This document shows positions 10,821 through 23,908 of a stretch of 64,000 bases of DNA, one piece after another. A model generated the notes under the pieces. The model made no database searches. It was not told the origin of the DNA and worked only from the letters and a program-made list of their open reading frames with translations. Numbering within the stretch: the first letter of the stretch is position 1; each line of letters begins with the position of its first letter. The stretch is from an uncultured Chthonomonadaceae bacterium. Lineage in GTDB: Bacteria; Armatimonadota; Chthonomonadetes; Chthonomonadales; Chthonomonadaceae. Position numbers and translations under genes: made by a program. The stretch covers positions 47,731 through 111,730 of the forward strand of contig CAWIEK010000042.1 in NCBI GenBank assembly GCA_963835065.1, in the 5' to 3' direction.

Positions 10821-13800
10821 TTACGGGCTGATCACCAAAGCCTGCGATTTGGCGATGTTGTTGCCTTTCGCCGTAATCGTGGCTGTTGTGGTCGAGCTGA
10901 CCGCAGAAGTGGCGATGCTGAACGTGCCCGTTGTTTCGCCTACCGAATACCGAACACCGAGTCAGGCACGGCCTGCGTTTTGCTGCTCGTGATGGTGACG
11001 ACGACGGGAACGCCCGATGCCGCTTCCAGCGTGACGATGCCGATGGACGTGTCGCCGCCGGACACACTCGACGGGATCAGTATCAGTGAGCCGACGCCGG
11101 GCATTCGGACATTCAGCGTCGCCATTTTCGTCACGCCGAGCGTGGCCGAAATGATCGCGCTTTTGGGCGACGCGACAACCTGCGTGGAAATGGCAAACGA
11201 CGCGCTGGTTTTGCCGGCGGGAACCATGACGGAAGCGGGAACGCCAATCGTCGCATCCCCCGAAGCCAGCGCAACCGTCACGCCGCCTGTGGGAGCCGCC
11301 TTGCTTAGAACCACGACGCCCGCCGACGAGTTGCCGCCGATAACGGACGCGGGCGCAACCGAAAGGGCAAGGAGCGTGATACCGCTCGGATTGACGAACA
11401 GCGTGGAACTCAGTTTTTCCGGCCCGTAGACCGCGCTGATGGTGGCGGTTCCGGCTGTGGCGATGGTTCCCACACTAACGCTGAAAGTGCGCGTCGTGGT
11501 TCCGCCCGCAAAGGCGATTTGCGCGGGTACGCTCACATTGGGATTGCTGCTCGTCAATATGACGCCGAAGCCACCCGCCGGAGCCGGGGTGTTGAGCGTC
11601 AGTGTGCCGGTCACGGTGGAATTGCCATTCGCGCTGGACGGGTTGAAAACCAGCGTTCCCAGGAACGGCTTTACGGTCAGCGTTTGCGTACTGACCTGAT
11701 CCCACAATTGCGCCTGCAAGGTTGTGGTTTGCGTTTGCGTGACCAGATTGGCCGTAAGCGGCACAACCGCCGACGTTTGGCCTTCGGGAATGGTCACAGT
11801 CGGGGGCACGGCAACAGCCAGCGGATTGGAACTGGACAACTGCACGTCAATGCCGCCCGCAGGAGCCGCGCCGGAAAGATCGACGCTGAGATACGTGATC
11901 TGCCCGCTGCCTACTGTGGTAGACGAAAGCGATAGGGCAACGGTAAGATTGCCCGACGTCACCTGCTGCGTGATCGTGCCGTCCTGGGCGACGCCATAGT
12001 CGCTGTTGGCCCCGGCGGCGCTGAGAGTTCCAGTGAAGTTGTTGAGGACATAATATTCGGCAATGCGTCCGCCGCCACCCCCGCCGCCGTTGCCATTCAC
12101 GTAACCACCGTTTGCGGTGATAGCGCCGCCACCGGTCAGCATGCCTGCTCGCAGCAGCAGACTGCCTCCCGAACCGCCGCCGCCGTAACTGCCGCCGTCA
12201 CCATTAGCCGACAGCGTTCCATCTACCTGCAGTGTGCCGTTTACCGTCAGGTAGAGCGCGCCGCCACCTTTATAGCCAACGCGACTGCCGTTGTAACCAA
12301 AACCGCCGCCGCTGCCGAAGTCGGTAGGCAGGGTACTCGAGCCATAGGTGCTGCCACTGGCCGCGCCATTGGTGTTGTGCCCTTTGCCTCCATAGCTGCC
12401 GCCCGCGCCGCCGTAGTTGCCCGTATTATCATTGCCGCCCGCGCCCGGTCCCTTCGCCGAGTGATATCCACGCGCGTTTACGGACACGTAACCCCCTGCC
12501 AGAATGGTAAAGTTGCCCAAAGTCGTGATGCGCAGGGTGGTCATTGGTGGCGAGGAAAGAATGCCCTGGTTCCAGACAACGACGTTATCGAACGTCAGCG
12601 CCGCTGTTATGTCCGTTGGCAGACCGGCATAGCCGTTGTTTTGAATCCACAGGTCACCCTGGGTCTGGTTAGTCTGCTGTCGGAAGATGGTTCCCGCGCC
12701 CGCCGTGCCGTAGTCGCTGCCGGCTCCCGCCGCGCTCAAGGTTGCTGTGGCAGTGAAGGTGTCGGTATTGTAAAAAATGGCGATGCGCCCGCCGCTCCCA
12801 CCTCCGCCGTTGCCATTGACAAAGCCGCCATTGGCGAGAATCGCGCCACCTCCGGACAGTGTGCCCACATTCAAAACTATGGTGCCGCCGCTGCCGCCGC
12901 CCCCATACGAGCCGCCGTCGCCATTGGCCGAAATCGTGCCGTCTATGTTCAGGGTGCCGTTGACTACCAGGTTCAGCGCCCCCCCGCCGCTGTAACCGCT
13001 ATGGCTGCCTGCGTACCCGTTGCCGCCGCCGCTGCCGAAATCAGTAGGCGCTTTGATGCTGCCGTACACGCTGCCGCCGCTCGCGCCATTGGTGTTGCGC
13101 GCTTCGCCACCGTATGCGCCGCCCGCGCCGCCGTAGCTGCCCGTGTTATCACTTGTTCCATGCCCCGGACCTTGATTTGGCCCAAAACCGCGCCCGTTCG
13201 CTGAGATGAATCCCCCGGATTCTACGGTACAAACGTTCAGCACGGTCAATTGCAGCGTTTGCTGGTACAGGGGCGTGAGTTGCCCCGCTTTGCGAACGCG
13301 CACATTGTCAAACGTTTGCGCGCCGACGATGGGCGTACCCAATCCGAGAGAGTTGTTGTTATCTACCAGCAGGTCGCCCTGTGTCTGCCCCGGCCCCTGC
13401 TGAAAAACGGTTCCCGCGCCCGCCGTGCCATAATCGCTGCCGGCTCCCGATGCGTTGAGCGCGCCTGTGTACGTGTTGACAGCGTAAACGACAGCAATGC
13501 GCCCGCCGCCACCCCCGCCGCCGTTGCCGTTGACATAGCCGCCTGTGGCAAGAATCGCGCCGGCCCCGGACAGCGTACCCACATTCAAATTGACCGTACC
13601 GCCGCTGCCGCCTCCCCCATACGAGCCGCCATCGCCATTGGCGGAAAGGATGCCGTTCACTTGCAGGCTGCCGCCGACTGCCAGCGTGATTGCGCCCCCG
13701 CCGCTGTAACCGCTATGGCTGCCTGCGTATCCGTAGCCGCCGCCGCTGCCCAAGTCGGTAGGCGCTTTGATGCTGCCATACACGATACCCCCGCTTGCGC

Positions 13801-14257
13801 CGCTCGTGCTGCGCGCCTCACCGCCATACGCGCCGCCGCCACCACCGTAACTGCCCGTACTGTCCGCGCTGCCGTGTCCGGGCCCTTGTCCCGCGCCATA
13901 GCCCCGCGCGTTTGCGGAAATAGAGCTGCCGACATTCACCGTGACATTGCCCGCAATGGTCAGGTTCATGCCGCCGACAAGCCCCTGCGCGTGGGTGACG
14001 ATGCCGTTGGACTCAATGGTCAGGCTTTGAAAGCTGTGCGCGCCGTTGATGGTCACGGTGCAGCCATGCACGATCACATCGTAGCCTTCGTAGGTCAGCG
14101 TGTTGGTGTCAATGGTCGTGTTCGTCGTGAACGTGACCGTCGCCGCGCGGACGATTTGCGCGCCGCCCATCAGCAGCAGGCTGCACAACAATGTGAACCA
14201 TAGCTGCGGCAGCCGCAAAGCGCGCAAACGGGCAGTTTTGCCATGCCAGTAGTTCAT
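10821..14257 (-). CDS. Large secreted glycine-rich repeat protein with C-terminal Ig-like repeats (adhesin-like); disrupted near the 3' end
   Basis: 1105-aa ORF with signal peptide and AGGAG RBS; three ~238-aa Gly-rich repeats; the natural C-terminus (ETTGTFSIATSAVSS...ALVISP*) follows a disruption near 10945 and ends at 10821. Confidence 0.8.
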
Positions 14258-14865
14258 GGGGTCTCCTTGTTACGGATGAACTTGTAACGGATAAAGCGGA
14301 ACGAAAAAACGAAACAAAAGCAAGATGGACAATGCGCAGGCGTCCGCGTCGCGGACGGAAGGCGGCCAATCAACAAAGCGTCGGGGCTATGTCGGATGTA
14401 AAAGCGGGTACGGAATTTATGCTATGCAGGAGGGAACATCAAGGCGCAACAGCGCATAAAACAGGGAAATATCGCCTGTTCAATGCAAGCCGTTGTACTT
14501 TCGACTGCATAAAATACGGATGATGCTTCCATCATAACATACTTGCCGCCTAAAAAGTTCATGGATTCTGGGAATTTTACCGATACGAAATATAATTTTT
14601 TCAGGTTTGCTGCAGTTGATGTCCTTGCGGTTCCAGAAACCGCTCCTTTCAGAAACGTTCCTTGTTGGAACGTTCTGCAGTATTGCGGCAAAACGGGAAA
14701 ACAATGCGGCAGGAAAACAGCGGGCCTATCCCGAATTTTTAGGACACAACACAACTTCAGTATCCGGCGCGGGCACGGCAGCCGACTTCGCAGACCGTTG
14801 GCTGTTGCCTGCCACAGCGCGGATACTTGCCCGTCCGTCGGGCGTCGAAGCAGGAAAGGCAGCGC

Positions 14866-15747
14866 ATGGCGCAGCGAATTGTACAGGTGGATGCGTTTAC
14901 GAATCGGCCGTTTCGGGGCAATCCCGCCGCCGTGTGCGTTTTGGAAGAAGAGCGCAGCGAGGCGTGGATGCAGGCGGTGGCGCTGGAAATGAATCTGGCG
15001 GAAACTGCGTTTTTGGTTCCCATGCGGGATACATTGGATGGAGAACCGGAGCAGGCAGCGCATGAGCCGAGCGCAGATTACGGCTTGCGCTGGTTTACGC
15101 CCCTGGTGGAAGTGGATTTGTGCGGCCATGCCACGCTGGCAAGCGCCCATGCGCTTTGGGAGGAAGGCCACGCGCCCCTCAACGCCCTGCTCCGCTTTCA
15201 TACTCGCAGCGGCGTTTTGACCGCCACGCGCCGAAACACAGGGGAGGAAGCCATCATTGAACTGGATTTTCCTGCCGAACCCGCGCTGCCCGCGCTGGCT
15301 CCTGCCGGCCTGATGGAAGCCTTGAAGGTGGTTCCCGTGTGGACAGGCCAAAACCGTATGGATATTCTGGTGGAAGTGTCCAATGAAACGGAACTGCGCG
15401 CGCTACGTCCCGACATGGGCCTGCTGCGCCAGATTCCATGTCGCGGCATCATTGTCACCGCCCGCGCCGACCCTGATGGCGACAATATGGCGACAAGCGG
15501 GTATGATTTCATATCGCGCTTTTTTGCCCCGGCGGTGGGCGTGGACGAAGACCCCGTTACCGGCTCCGCGCACTGCTGCCTGGGGCCGTATTGGGCCAGC
15601 CGCCTGAACAAAAACGCTTTGATTGGCTATCAGGCATCCCGGCGGAGTGGCGTTGTGCGCGTCCGCGTGGAGAGTGAGCGCGTCAAATTGGGCGGGCAGG
15701 CCGTCACAACGCTGCGCGGGGAGTTGTCGGCAGACGCCTCCGTCTGA
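14866..15747 (+). CDS. PhzF family isomerase/epimerase
   Basis: QVDAFT..PF.GNPAAV, EMNLAETAF, LRWFTP..EVDLCGHATLA, EDPVTGSAHC. Confidence 0.93.
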   Translation: MAQRIVQVDAFTNRPFRGNPAAVCVLEEERSEAWMQAVALEMNLAETAFLVPMRDTLDGEPEQAAHEPSADYGLRWFTPLVEVDLCGHATLASAHALWEEGHAPLNALLRFHTRSGVLTATRRNTGEEAIIELDFPAEPALPALAPAGLMEALKVVPVWTGQNRMDILVEVSNETELRALRPDMGLLRQIPCRGIIVTARADPDGDNMATSGYDFISRFFAPAVGVDEDPVTGSAHCCLGPYWASRLNKNALIGYQASRRSGVVRVRVESERVKLGGQAVTTLRGELSADASV

Positions 15748-15873
15748 ACGCGGCCAATTGGCCTCACCGCCACGCAAGGTTTGCGCGTTTTGCTGCGCTT
15801 TTCCACAGAGCCTCCCCCTGTCGTTCAGGATGCGCGAAAAAGGGGAGCCATGTTTCTGTTTCAGGAGGTTGCT

Positions 15874-17500
15874 ATGTGCCGTCGCAAGCTGTGTTCGAGA
15901 CTGGCGTTGACTGCGATGTTTGGAGCGTTCCTGGCAGTCGGGGGCGCGCGGGCGAGGCAGGGCGCAGACGCCGGATAAAGCCAATACCCCCCTGCTCCAT
16001 ACCTGGCTTACGCGCTATTCGGGGCAGTACGCCCGCGTGGTGGAAACAAAGGGCGGCAAGCCTGTCGCAACATGGCCGTCCGCCGGCCTGCGCAGGATGG
16101 GCGGCGGACAGGCATTGCCCGCGTATTCCGACATACAGCAAATCGGCATATCCGGCGAGTACGTTTATATCAACGGCAGCGGCCTTGCCAGTCACCAAAT
16201 GGGACCCTGGTACGACGAGTTGGGCAACATCTTCGGCAACTGGCCCACGAATTTGAACTACATCCGCCGCTTTCCCCTGCATCCGAAAGTGGAAGCCGTC
16301 AAGGTGACGAATGGATTGGGGCCGTTGGGGCTGTGGGTGAACGGCGTGGCGCTGTTCAATCAACTGGATGGTTTTGCCTACAACCCGCTCACTCATTCCG
16401 AACCGCAGGGTCCGCCACAGCAGGGCCAGCAGAACACGGGCAACGCGCTTTGGGTGCGCAACGCGGTTTTGGTGGAGCAGCCGACGTTCGACAAGTCCAA
16501 CGCGCATCAGCCGCCCAATGGCGAATACCACTACCATGCCAACCCGGTCGGATTGCGTTACCAACTCGGCGACAACGTTGCTTTGGATGCCGCGACAGGC
16601 AATTACCGGGAAAACACTTCCAAATTGCATCATTCGCCGATTCTGGGATGGTCGAATGATGGTTTTCCGATTTATGGGCCGTATGCTTATGCCGAGCCGA
16701 AAAATCCTGCGAGTAGCGTTCGGCGCATGGTGTCCGGGTTTGTGTTGCGAGATGGCGGACACCATACCGACGACCTGCGCAAAACAGGCCGTCGCGCGCT
16801 GGCAAAGTGGGCGGCAGACCTGCATAAAACCCCTGTGACGCTGGCGGAAAACCAGTACGGCCCGGATGTGTCCGCGCGCTACCAATTAGGCCGCTATTGC
16901 GAGGATTTCGACTTTTTGGGAGACCGGGGTGAAACGCAGGGCAAAGACTTCGATCTGGACATTTACAACGGGCGCTTTTGCGTGACGCCGGAGTTTCCGG
17001 GCGGCACGTATGCCTACTTCGTGACCATTGACGCGAAAGGAGCGCCGGCCTACCCCTATGTCATTGGGCGGCAATGGTACGGCGTACCGAGCGGCGGCGA
17101 CGTTCGGCGCTTGACGGAAACCGTGACGATGCTCACGGACGCGGGGCCGGGAGCCGCCACGCAATGCAAAGCGGAAGCCTCAGCGGGCGGCAAACAGCTC
17201 ACATGGAACTCCGTCGAAGGCGGGCATTACCGCGTGGAAGGTTCGCAGGACGGAACGCAGTGGAAAATTCTGCGCCCGGATGTGCCGAGCGCGGGGCTGT
17301 CCACGCGCTGCGCTTTGACGGCAGGCGCGGACGCAAACTATGCAAAGTACCGCGTAGTTCTCGTCACGCTGGAACCCTACGATGCCATCGGCAGCCGCAA
17401 CGGCCCGAACGGCGGGCAGGGCGGGCCTCCCGGCAGGAATGGCGGACAAGGCGGCCCACCTCCTGTGAGAAACGGCGGCCCAGGACAACCGAATCTATAG
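15874..17500 (+). CDS. Secreted YHYH domain protein (frameshift just after signal peptide)
   Basis: EYHYHANP, HSPILGWSNDGFPIYGPY, DLDIYNGRFCVTPEFP; AGGAGG + ATG at 15874 gives a signal peptide one frame off the main ORF. Confidence 0.85.
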
Positions 17501-17518
17501 CATCAACGAACCAAAAGC

Positions 17519-19429
17519 ATGACTATGCGCGTATCCAGCATTTTCCTCATAGCCTTGTTATGCGCGTTCGCTGCGCCGACGGGAGCGGGGCGCGTTGCCT
17601 CCAAAACGGCAGCGCATGTCCGGCTGACCGTTCACATCGCGCATTTGTTCGACGGCAGGCCGCTGCGCATGGAGGATGTCAGCCTGCGCAACGGGGCGGG
17701 GAATACGCTTTCGGTTACGCGGCTGGCGTATCTGGTCTCCGATGTCACGCTGCGCAGGGCGAACGGCGCATCGGTTACGCTTGCAGGGCAGACGGCCTAT
17801 GTAAATCCCGCCGAAGGGCGCGAGGCGTTTACGCTGACGGATGTTCCGGCAGGCCATTATGTGGGGCTTGCGTTTCACGTCGGCCTGCTGCCCAAAATCA
17901 ATCATTCCGACCCGTCCCGCTATGCCGCCGACAGCCCCCTGCACCCGCTGGTAAATCGGCTGCATTGGGGCTGGCAGGGCGGGTACGTGTTTCTGGCATT
18001 GGAGGGGCGGTACGAGCAGCCGGGCGGAAGATTGGGCGGCTACTCGTACCATCTGGCGACAGACCGAAATTTGATGCGCGTTCGGCTGGCGCGGAATTTC
18101 CGAGTGGAGCAGGACAGCGCCCTGCATCTTGCCTTTGATGTGGCAAAAGTGTTGGCGGGCGCGTCTTTGATTGTTATTGAGGCGAAAAACGGCGGTGACA
18201 CGACCCATTCTGCGCCCGGAGACAAGCTGGCCGCGCATTTAACCGCCAATGTGGAGCAAGCATTTCGATTTCAGGGCATCTTTTCAACCCGCCCAATCAC
18301 TTCTGGAACGTCTTCTTCTGCACTATCCCTATCACTTACCCCGGCAACTAACTCTGCAAATTTCTCTTCAATTTCGTCTGCAAAGCCTTCCAATGACAAA
18401 GCGGGTGGGCGGCGGGCGGCAGGAACAGGGCGCGTCACGCCCCTAGCTTCACGCGCCACGCCTTATGCTTTCCCCACGCCCGCGCATTTCCCGCAGCCGC
18501 TGCTGCCTGCCGATAATCCCCTCACGCTACAGGGTATCGCGTTGGGCAAAACCCTGTTCTTTGAGCCGAAATTATCCGGCAACAATTCGCAATCCTGCGC
18601 AAGCTGCCACCAGCCGGAACACGCTTTTGCCCACGCCGGCAAGTCGGTCAGCGCGGGCATTGACGGCAAGCTGGGAACGCGCCGCAGTATGCCCCTGTTC
18701 AATCTGGCGTGGCAATCCGCGTTTACGTGGGACGGGCGGCGTACCCGACTGCGCGATCAGGTTCTGGCTCCCGTTCAGGACGCCCGCGAAATGCGCCAAT
18801 CCCTGCCGCAAGCCGTCGCCAAACTGCGCAATGACCCCAAATACCCGAAACTGTTCGCGCAGGCGTTCGGCAGTCCCGATATTTCCGCCGAGCGCATCGG
18901 ATTGGCCGTAGAGCAGTACCTGCTGACGCTGGTTTCCGCAAACGCGAAATTTGACCGCGCGTTACGAGGCGAAGCGCAGTTTACGGACGAGGAAAAACGT
19001 GGCCTCTTGCTATTCGTCACCGAGTACGATCCGGCGCGGGGTAAAACAGGCGCGGACTGCTTCCACTGTCACGGCGGCAACCTGTTCACCGATTACCAGT
19101 TCCGCAACAACGGATTGGACGCGCAATTCAAGGACGGCGGGCGGTTTCTGGTGACGGGGCGGAGCGCGGACAGGGGCAAGTTCAAAACGCCTTCCCTGCG
19201 CAATGCAGCGTTGACCGCGCCCTACATGCACGATGGACGCTTCCGCAGCCTGGAAGACGTAGTACGGCACTACAGCGCGGGCGTTCGGCGCAGCGACACG
19301 CTGGACCCCAACATCGCCAAGCATCCCGACGAGGGCATGGCGCTTTCCGATGAAGATGTTCGCGCTCTCGTCGCCTTCTTAAAGACGCTGACCGACGCGC
19401 CCTGGCGTTCCCCTGCTACAGAAAAATGA
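17519..19429 (+). CDS. MbnP-family domain fused to MbnH/MauG-type di-heme cytochrome c peroxidase
   Basis: N-terminal NHSDP...LHWGWQGGYVF (WxW); C-terminal CASCH and CFHCH heme motifs, FKTPSLRN, APYMHDGRF. Confidence 0.85.
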   Translation: MTMRVSSIFLIALLCAFAAPTGAGRVASKTAAHVRLTVHIAHLFDGRPLRMEDVSLRNGAGNTLSVTRLAYLVSDVTLRRANGASVTLAGQTAYVNPAEGREAFTLTDVPAGHYVGLAFHVGLLPKINHSDPSRYAADSPLHPLVNRLHWGWQGGYVFLALEGRYEQPGGRLGGYSYHLATDRNLMRVRLARNFRVEQDSALHLAFDVAKVLAGASLIVIEAKNGGDTTHSAPGDKLAAHLTANVEQAFRFQGIFSTRPITSGTSSSALSLSLTPATNSANFSSISSAKPSNDKAGGRRAAGTGRVTPLASRATPYAFPTPAHFPQPLLPADNPLTLQGIALGKTLFFEPKLSGNNSQSCASCHQPEHAFAHAGKSVSAGIDGKLGTRRSMPLFNLAWQSAFTWDGRRTRLRDQVLAPVQDAREMRQSLPQAVAKLRNDPKYPKLFAQAFGSPDISAERIGLAVEQYLLTLVSANAKFDRALRGEAQFTDEEKRGLLLFVTEYDPARGKTGADCFHCHGGNLFTDYQFRNNGLDAQFKDGGRFLVTGRSADRGKFKTPSLRNAALTAPYMHDGRFRSLEDVVRHYSAGVRRSDTLDPNIAKHPDEGMALSDEDVRALVAFLKTLTDAPWRSPATEK

Positions 19430-19497
19430 AGAGGAATTAACAGAAGGGAGTTAGCGATTTATTCAGGTAGTATATGCCGGTTCAACGCAGACACTCT

Positions 19498-20919
19498 TTA
19501 CTTGTTTGCCAGGCGAGGACGAATGGCAAGGGCAAGATCGTTGCCCAGGCAGGGCAATGTCCAGTGCAAAACGCCGTTTTCGTTTGCGCTTGCCGTAAGT
19601 TGGCCTTCGGCGCAGCCTTCGCGGGTGTTCCACAGGGTGATGGCGTAGGGGCCGGGGGTCATATTGCGCAGCGACATGGGGAACGGCTCGGTTGACTCGC
19701 ATGATTTTAGCAGGCCAGGGGCGTTGCGAAGCGGTTTGCCGCGCAGCAGGTACAAGACCGCCTGCAAGCCGTCCGAAATGCCGAACGCAAGCGCGTTTTT
19801 GGCCTGTATCCGAATGTCGCCTGCCGCTTCGCGGGGCGCGAAATGCCGCCACGCAATCAGGCGCGTGAACGCGGCCATGCTGCCCAACCCGTTCTTCATT
19901 CCTTCCGTCAGTTCGTGTGGATGGCGAGCCGGCCAGCGCATCCCGCTTCCCGCGCCGCCGCAGGCCAGGTGCGCCCACGTCATGTGCCGCTCGTATTCGT
20001 CGTCGAACGCTTCCGGCAGCGTCTTTTTATGGTCGTTGAACAGATGGATGGGGCCGTGTTCGCTGTCGGTGAAGGGACGGTTGGGCAGGGTTCGCTCCCG
20101 TCCGTAGCGCGTCCATTGCGCCATCGCCGCCGCAGATGTGACCGTGTTGCGGGGATAATCTATCGCGCCCTTGCTGTAAATATGCGTGGTCGCAAAATCA
20201 AGGCTTGGATGCCGAAATACGAGTTCTTCATAACCGGGTTCGGGATCGGGGCCGAACACGGAAACGGTCTGCGGGCGCGTAAACCCGTACAAACGCAATT
20301 CTTTTTCCCGCACGGCTTCGGAAATGCGGGCAATCACCGACGCCTGATGCTCCGGCGAGCCGCCCCAGTGCGGATGAATTTCATTGTGCAAATCCCACGC
20401 GGCAATGGTTCCATCCTGCCCCCAGCGCTCGATAACAAAATGGAAGCGGCGAATGGTCGCCTGTATCATGGCTTCGCTTTGCAGCACATCCTGCGCGTTA
20501 TGCGCCGGGCCGCCGTTTTCAACATGGTACGGAAGTTTGTGCCAGCGCCGCGACATCCAGAACGTGTCCCAGGGCGTGAGCAGGACGCGCAGGCCGTATT
20601 CCCGGCAGCGCGACAGCAAATCATCCCAAAACATGATCATGTGCGGGTTGAACGTGCCGAGGGGTTTTTCCAGCAGATGACTGTCAAAATGCGCGTATTC
20701 CAGCATCAGGCGCAGCGTGTTGATGCCTTTTGCCGCCAATCCCTGCAAATACATTTCGACCGTCGCCACATCCTTGCGCCGGTACAAACCTTTGAGGGTC
20801 GGCCAGGAGATGGCGTCATTGAAGCCGATGAACAAAAACGGCTGACCGTCCAGGGTTTCAAAATACCGCCCGGATGGAGCCACGCGAATCGGGGACAGAA
20901 CACGCTCAGACAAAAGCAA
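19498..20919 (-). CDS. Clan-A (GH5-like) glycoside hydrolase
   Basis: G.NTLRL, AWDLHNE acid/base motif, DFATTHIY, DSEHG nucleophile-like motif. Confidence 0.7.
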   Translation of the reverse strand: MLLSERVLSPIRVAPSGRYFETLDGQPFLFIGFNDAISWPTLKGLYRRKDVATVEMYLQGLAAKGINTLRLMLEYAHFDSHLLEKPLGTFNPHMIMFWDDLLSRCREYGLRVLLTPWDTFWMSRRWHKLPYHVENGGPAHNAQDVLQSEAMIQATIRRFHFVIERWGQDGTIAAWDLHNEIHPHWGGSPEHQASVIARISEAVREKELRLYGFTRPQTVSVFGPDPEPGYEELVFRHPSLDFATTHIYSKGAIDYPRNTVTSAAAMAQWTRYGRERTLPNRPFTDSEHGPIHLFNDHKKTLPEAFDDEYERHMTWAHLACGGAGSGMRWPARHPHELTEGMKNGLGSMAAFTRLIAWRHFAPREAAGDIRIQAKNALAFGISDGLQAVLYLLRGKPLRNAPGLLKSCESTEPFPMSLRNMTPGPYAITLWNTREGCAEGQLTASANENGVLHWTLPCLGNDLALAIRPRLANK

Positions 20920-21017
20920 CGGCCTCCTGTGCAGGGTAACATTTCGCTACCATTACGCAAAAGGCCGCGCGCTGTTTGCCCGCAAAACGCACTTAAGTAG
21001 GAAAATATGCCGAAGGT

Positions 21018-21281
21018 TTACTTTACCGCTTTCGGTAGTCGCCGCAGGTTGACAACCGCGCTGATGATACGCGCCGCGCCAAACCCGATCAGAACAACAA
21101 TGATAAAGCCCAATCCCGCGTCAATGTGCTTCGGGTGTTTACTCCCCAAAAATAAAGGCAGCGCATAGATCATGCCGCCCGCCACAATGGAACACACGCC
21201 TAAAAACATATAGGCATAGCACATCAGCGCAAACATCTGCCGACTCATCTGCCGGTTCCCCGGCAACCTTCTCTGGTTCAT
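21018..21281 (-). CDS. Small two-TM membrane protein
   Basis: 87 aa with two hydrophobic helices, directly downstream of pyrG. Confidence 0.65.
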   Translation of the reverse strand: MNQRRLPGNRQMSRQMFALMCYAYMFLGVCSIVAGGMIYALPLFLGSKHPKHIDAGLGFIIVVLIGFGAARIISAVVNLRRLPKAVK

Positions 21282-21293
21282 GAATTTACAGCC

Positions 21294-23093
<1,800 letters not shown>

Positions 23094-23115
23094 TCAAACC
23101 GTACCCCGCGCGCCA

Positions 23116-23196
23116 AAAACAAACAAAAAGAAAGCCACGCAGGAGTCCTCCTGCATGGCCCAATATTAGTATAGCGCAAAATGTACGGGAATACAA
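23116..23196 (-). promoter_or_regulatory. pyrG promoter and leader terminator/attenuator
   Basis: TTGTAT-17-TATACT-6-GGGC, then hairpin GCCATGCAGGA-GGAC-TCCTGCGTGGC and TTTCTTTTTG tract upstream of the ATG. Confidence 0.75.
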
Positions 23197-23287
23197 GCAT
23201 AGGTTGAAGGGATAAGTGGTAAGGGATAAGGAGAAGACAGCAGACAGAAACCCAACACCCGGTACCCAACACCTAACACCCTCCTGC

Positions 23288-23491
23288 TCAATTTTCATCT
23301 ATGCGCTCGTACTCGACGTTGTTGAGCTTCAGGTATTCCAGCAGGGCTTCCTCTAAGACGAACACGCCGTTGGGAAGCGCCTGCAATTTGCCCCCGGTCT
23401 TTTGCATCAGGAGCATGTAGGCGCGGGTGGCGTCCTTGCCGAGTATGCGAATCCGCGCCTGCCCTTTTTTCTGCTGTTGATACTGTGGCAT
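23288..23491 (-). CDS. Hypothetical protein (67 aa)
   Basis: GGGAG RBS; plausible compact alpha/beta sequence. Confidence 0.65.
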   Translation of the reverse strand: MPQYQQQKKGQARIRILGKDATRAYMLLMQKTGGKLQALPNGVFVLEEALLEYLKLNNVEYERIDEN

Positions 23492-23722
23492 CGTTGTCTC
23501 CCTTCCTGCCCGCGAAAAACAATGGCGAAAAAACTACAAATAATTCGGGAACGTTCTCACAGGCTTATACGTCCTACGGGCAATCCTATCCGCGCTTTGC
23601 AAGAACCTTGATGTTTTGCAGGCGGGTACTCACTGACGGTAACAACTCAATTCACAATGTCGCGAACGAAAGCCGCCACCTTCCCTGACTGCGTGAATGA
23701 AAAATGAAAGAGGGTTAATCAC

Positions 23723-23881
23723 ATGGCTGGTATTTTGTGGACGGTTATTTCCATTCTGTTCGTCATCTGGCTGCTGGGCCTCGTGCTTCACTTCGGCGGA
23801 GCGCTGATCCATATCGCCCTTGTCGTCGCTCTTGTGCTGGTGGTGTACAACCTGCTGACCAAAGGCAAAGCGACCTTATAA
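23723..23881 (+). CDS. Small membrane protein, lmo0937/DUF5670-like (52 aa, absent from ORF track)
   Basis: MAGILWTVISILFVIWLLGLVLHFGGALIHIALVVALVLVVYNLLTKGKATL; GAGGG RBS; followed by terminator. Confidence 0.85.
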   Translation: MAGILWTVISILFVIWLLGLVLHFGGALIHIALVVALVLVVYNLLTKGKATL

Positions 23882-23908
23882 CCAAACGTTCGCATCGCAG
23901 ACTTTAAT

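Noticed and set aside
14650..14676. AACGTTCC-N5-GGAACGTT palindrome in the long intergenic region
   Set aside because: Single occurrence, no candidate regulator nearby; cannot assign a function
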